A DNA stretch of 59,489 nt from contig JAGVXK010000019.1 in the NCBI GenBank assembly GCA_018303825.1, positions 1 to 59,489 of the forward strand, given 5' to 3'. The notes beneath the pieces were generated by a model that was given only the letters and a program-made list of their open reading frames with translations, was not told the origin of the DNA and ran no database searches. The translations under genes and the position numbers were made by a program. Within the stretch, counting starts at the first letter, position 1. Each line of letters begins with the position of its first letter. Shown here piece after piece: positions 58,475-59,489 of the stretch. Source of the DNA: Candidatus Pacearchaeota archaeon. GTDB taxonomy: Archaea; Nanobdellota; Nanobdellia; Pacearchaeales; GW2011-AR1.

Positions 58475-59362
58475 TTATTTCTTCTTAAAGGTTGATTTTT
58501 TTAATAAGTTAAGCTTTTTCTTATCTACTCTTAATAATTGTTCTTTTAATAATGGGAGTTTTCTGTCAATATTTCGAATCATGTCTTTGAACTTTTCAAG
58601 TTTTGAGAAGTATTCTGTCTCTGAAATTTTCTTTGTTTTAAAATAGTCTGATTGAAGCTTTTTTATCAATGCATAAAGCGCATCTTTTCTTATTGTTAGA
58701 TTCCTTATTTGAACCTGGATTTTTATTCTCTTTAATGTTTTCCAGAAAATTATTAAGACTATTATAATGATTATTATCCAGGCCAAAATCACTTTCCAAT
58801 GGTCAAGGATTATTTTTTTGAAACTTCTAGACACAACATTCCTAAAGGCGTTTATTGCCGTATTCTTCGATTGAATTTCTGAAAGTTTCTTATAAGCTTT
58901 TTCTACCAAACCCGGAGTATCTTCAAACCTTTGTTCATTGAATGAATTAATAACTGCATTATGTTCTGGGTCCATTTCTGAGAGGTTTACTTCCATTTTT
59001 GCAGAGTTATATGTTTCAAGAAATACCTGCATTTCATCTTGGGCCTTCATAGCTAAGTCTATTATAGATGCTACTTCTTTCGCATAATTTATGGCTGTCT
59101 TGTAATTGGTTATTCTTCTATCCAGCTCGAGAGCTAGCTGTCCGTTATAGGCAGTAATCGCCTGCTGCAGAGAATCATTTGCTCTCCCGACAGGAATTTG
59201 CCTGGAAAGCATATTGCCGATATTTTCTGTGGCATTATCTATGAGGGATTTTGCAGTTATTGATTCATTGCTCAACGCAGAAACAGAGCTAATGGTTATT
59301 ACTAATAAAGATAAAAATAATATTAAAAATATAGCTTTTTTTGTATCCATTTTATCCCTCAT
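58475..59362 (-). CDS. Signal peptide, helical ectodomain, TM and coiled-coil hypothetical protein
   Basis: Probable start MRDKMDT at 59362, because the longer ORF runs into the terminal repeat. TM WKVILAWIIIIIIVLIIFW. Confidence 0.65.
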   Translation of the reverse strand: MRDKMDTKKAIFLILFLSLLVITISSVSALSNESITAKSLIDNATENIGNMLSRQIPVGRANDSLQQAITAYNGQLALELDRRITNYKTAINYAKEVASIIDLAMKAQDEMQVFLETYNSAKMEVNLSEMDPEHNAVINSFNEQRFEDTPGLVEKAYKKLSEIQSKNTAINAFRNVVSRSFKKIILDHWKVILAWIIIIIIVLIIFWKTLKRIKIQVQIRNLTIRKDALYALIKKLQSDYFKTKKISETEYFSKLEKFKDMIRNIDRKLPLLKEQLLRVDKKKLNLLKKSTFKKK

Positions 59363-59392
59363 TGTTATTAGGGTATAATAGCAACAAAGATA

Positions 59393-59489
59393 TTTAAATG
59401 TTAGCAAGAAATCCGTTAAGCTTTAGCTAACGGATGAATTGCGTACTTATTTATTCTAAAAAATATTACTTTCAGGGAGAGTTTGTTGC
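59393..59489 (+). mobile_element. Probable left end of an IS200/IS605-family element, copy 2
   Basis: Exact reverse complement of 2-98, with the hairpin at 59411-59435. Confidence 0.6.

Noticed and set aside
1-59489. CRISPR array or cas genes
   Set aside because: No regularly spaced identical repeats and no Cas-like ORF. The island repeats are degenerate and irregularly spaced.
1-59489. Autonomous plasmid or virus with its own origin and polymerase
   Set aside because: Gene content is ordinary chromosomal housekeeping (argS, psmB, aCPSF1, tRNA), with no capsid, terminase or plasmid Rep.

Overview
AT-rich archaeal chromosomal fragment, most consistent with a DPANN archaeon of the Pacearchaeota/Woesearchaeota type (taxonomy is an inference from PolD DP1/DP2, Cdc6/Orc1, aCPSF1, class I CCA enzyme, proteasome beta subunit, archaeal pilin signal peptides and many short orphans). 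The window looks like a whole contig: its first and last 97 bp are exact reverse complements and resemble the left end of an IS200/IS605-family element. Core content: a pilin/PKD surface cluster followed by the ArvABC (OapABC) small-GTPase operon, cca, trmB, presenilin-like protease, aCPSF1, psmB, rad50/mre11, argS, tRNA-Thr(CGT), lhr plus metallophosphoesterase, a PRC-barrel gene, a probable replication origin with ORB-like boxes, and cdc6-DP1-DP2. Main leads: (1) a 257-nt RNA at 21865-22121 that folds like the large bacterial (Bacillus-type) SRP RNA, with no helix 6 and a non-canonical helix-8 loop; (2) a relic diversity-generating retroelement, with a target gene that still shows a VR codon signature beside only the C-terminal stub of a DGR reverse transcriptase and no TR in the window; (3) an accessory island at about 34-41 kb with toxin-antitoxin pairs, pseudogenes and orphans separated by co-oriented imperfect repeats, which may be recombination sites of a cassette-like array. 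No CRISPR array, rRNA, integrase or transposase is visible. All family assignments come from motif recognition, not database searches.
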